Assembly (NCBI GenBank): GCA_963700285.1
Contig: CAVOXA010000010.1
Span: forward strand, 1,152,001 to 1,216,000
DNA length: 64,000 nucleotides
Direction of reading: 5' to 3'
DNA from: an uncultured Chloroflexia bacterium
Lineage (GTDB): Bacteria; Chloroflexota; Anaerolineae; JAAYZQ01
How positions within the stretch are numbered: position 1 is the stretch's first letter; each line of letters begins with the position of its first letter. The translations under genes and the position numbers were made by a program. Below the pieces are notes generated by a model. The model was given only the letters and a program-made list of their open reading frames with translations, was not told where the DNA came from and ran no database searches. Below, piece by piece: positions 60,537-64,000 of this stretch.

Positions 60537-64000
<3,464 letters not shown>

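Overview
GC-rich bacterial chromosomal segment, most likely Chloroflexota (Anaerolineae-like), judged from the gene content, an rpoC not preceded by rpoB, and heptamer/nonamer palindromic intergenic repeats. Several conserved genes (por operon, zwf, tal-pgi, SDR, cydB, rpoC) carry many frameshifts that look like sequencing or consensus errors. The left part (1-37 kb) is mostly housekeeping: Ser/Thr kinase, slyD, a PadR unit, PBP1A, rnz, a selenocysteine peroxiredoxin, a YgeY-type hydrolase, porCDAB, a glucose/pentose-phosphate cluster, an ECF sigma/anti-sigma pair and a sortase. At about 37.3-37.65 kb there is a DnaA-box cluster with a GGCC/DnaA-trio unwinding element, probably an oriC not linked to dnaA. 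The accessory region at 40.5-56.7 kb is the most interesting. It holds a giant (EP)n-linked glycoside-hydrolase-like protein and a candidate caspase-cascade conflict/cell-death system: a caspase-STAND NTPase-TM-WD40 sensor, a second caspase, a 2-TM protein and a lipase, all carrying similar Arg-centred putative cleavage motifs. Three transcription units in this region start with related, covarying structured leaders that I do not recognise. The window ends with Rex-controlled cydAB, a catalytically degenerate tyrosine recombinase and the 5' part of rpoC. All calls were made by eye; no database searches were run.
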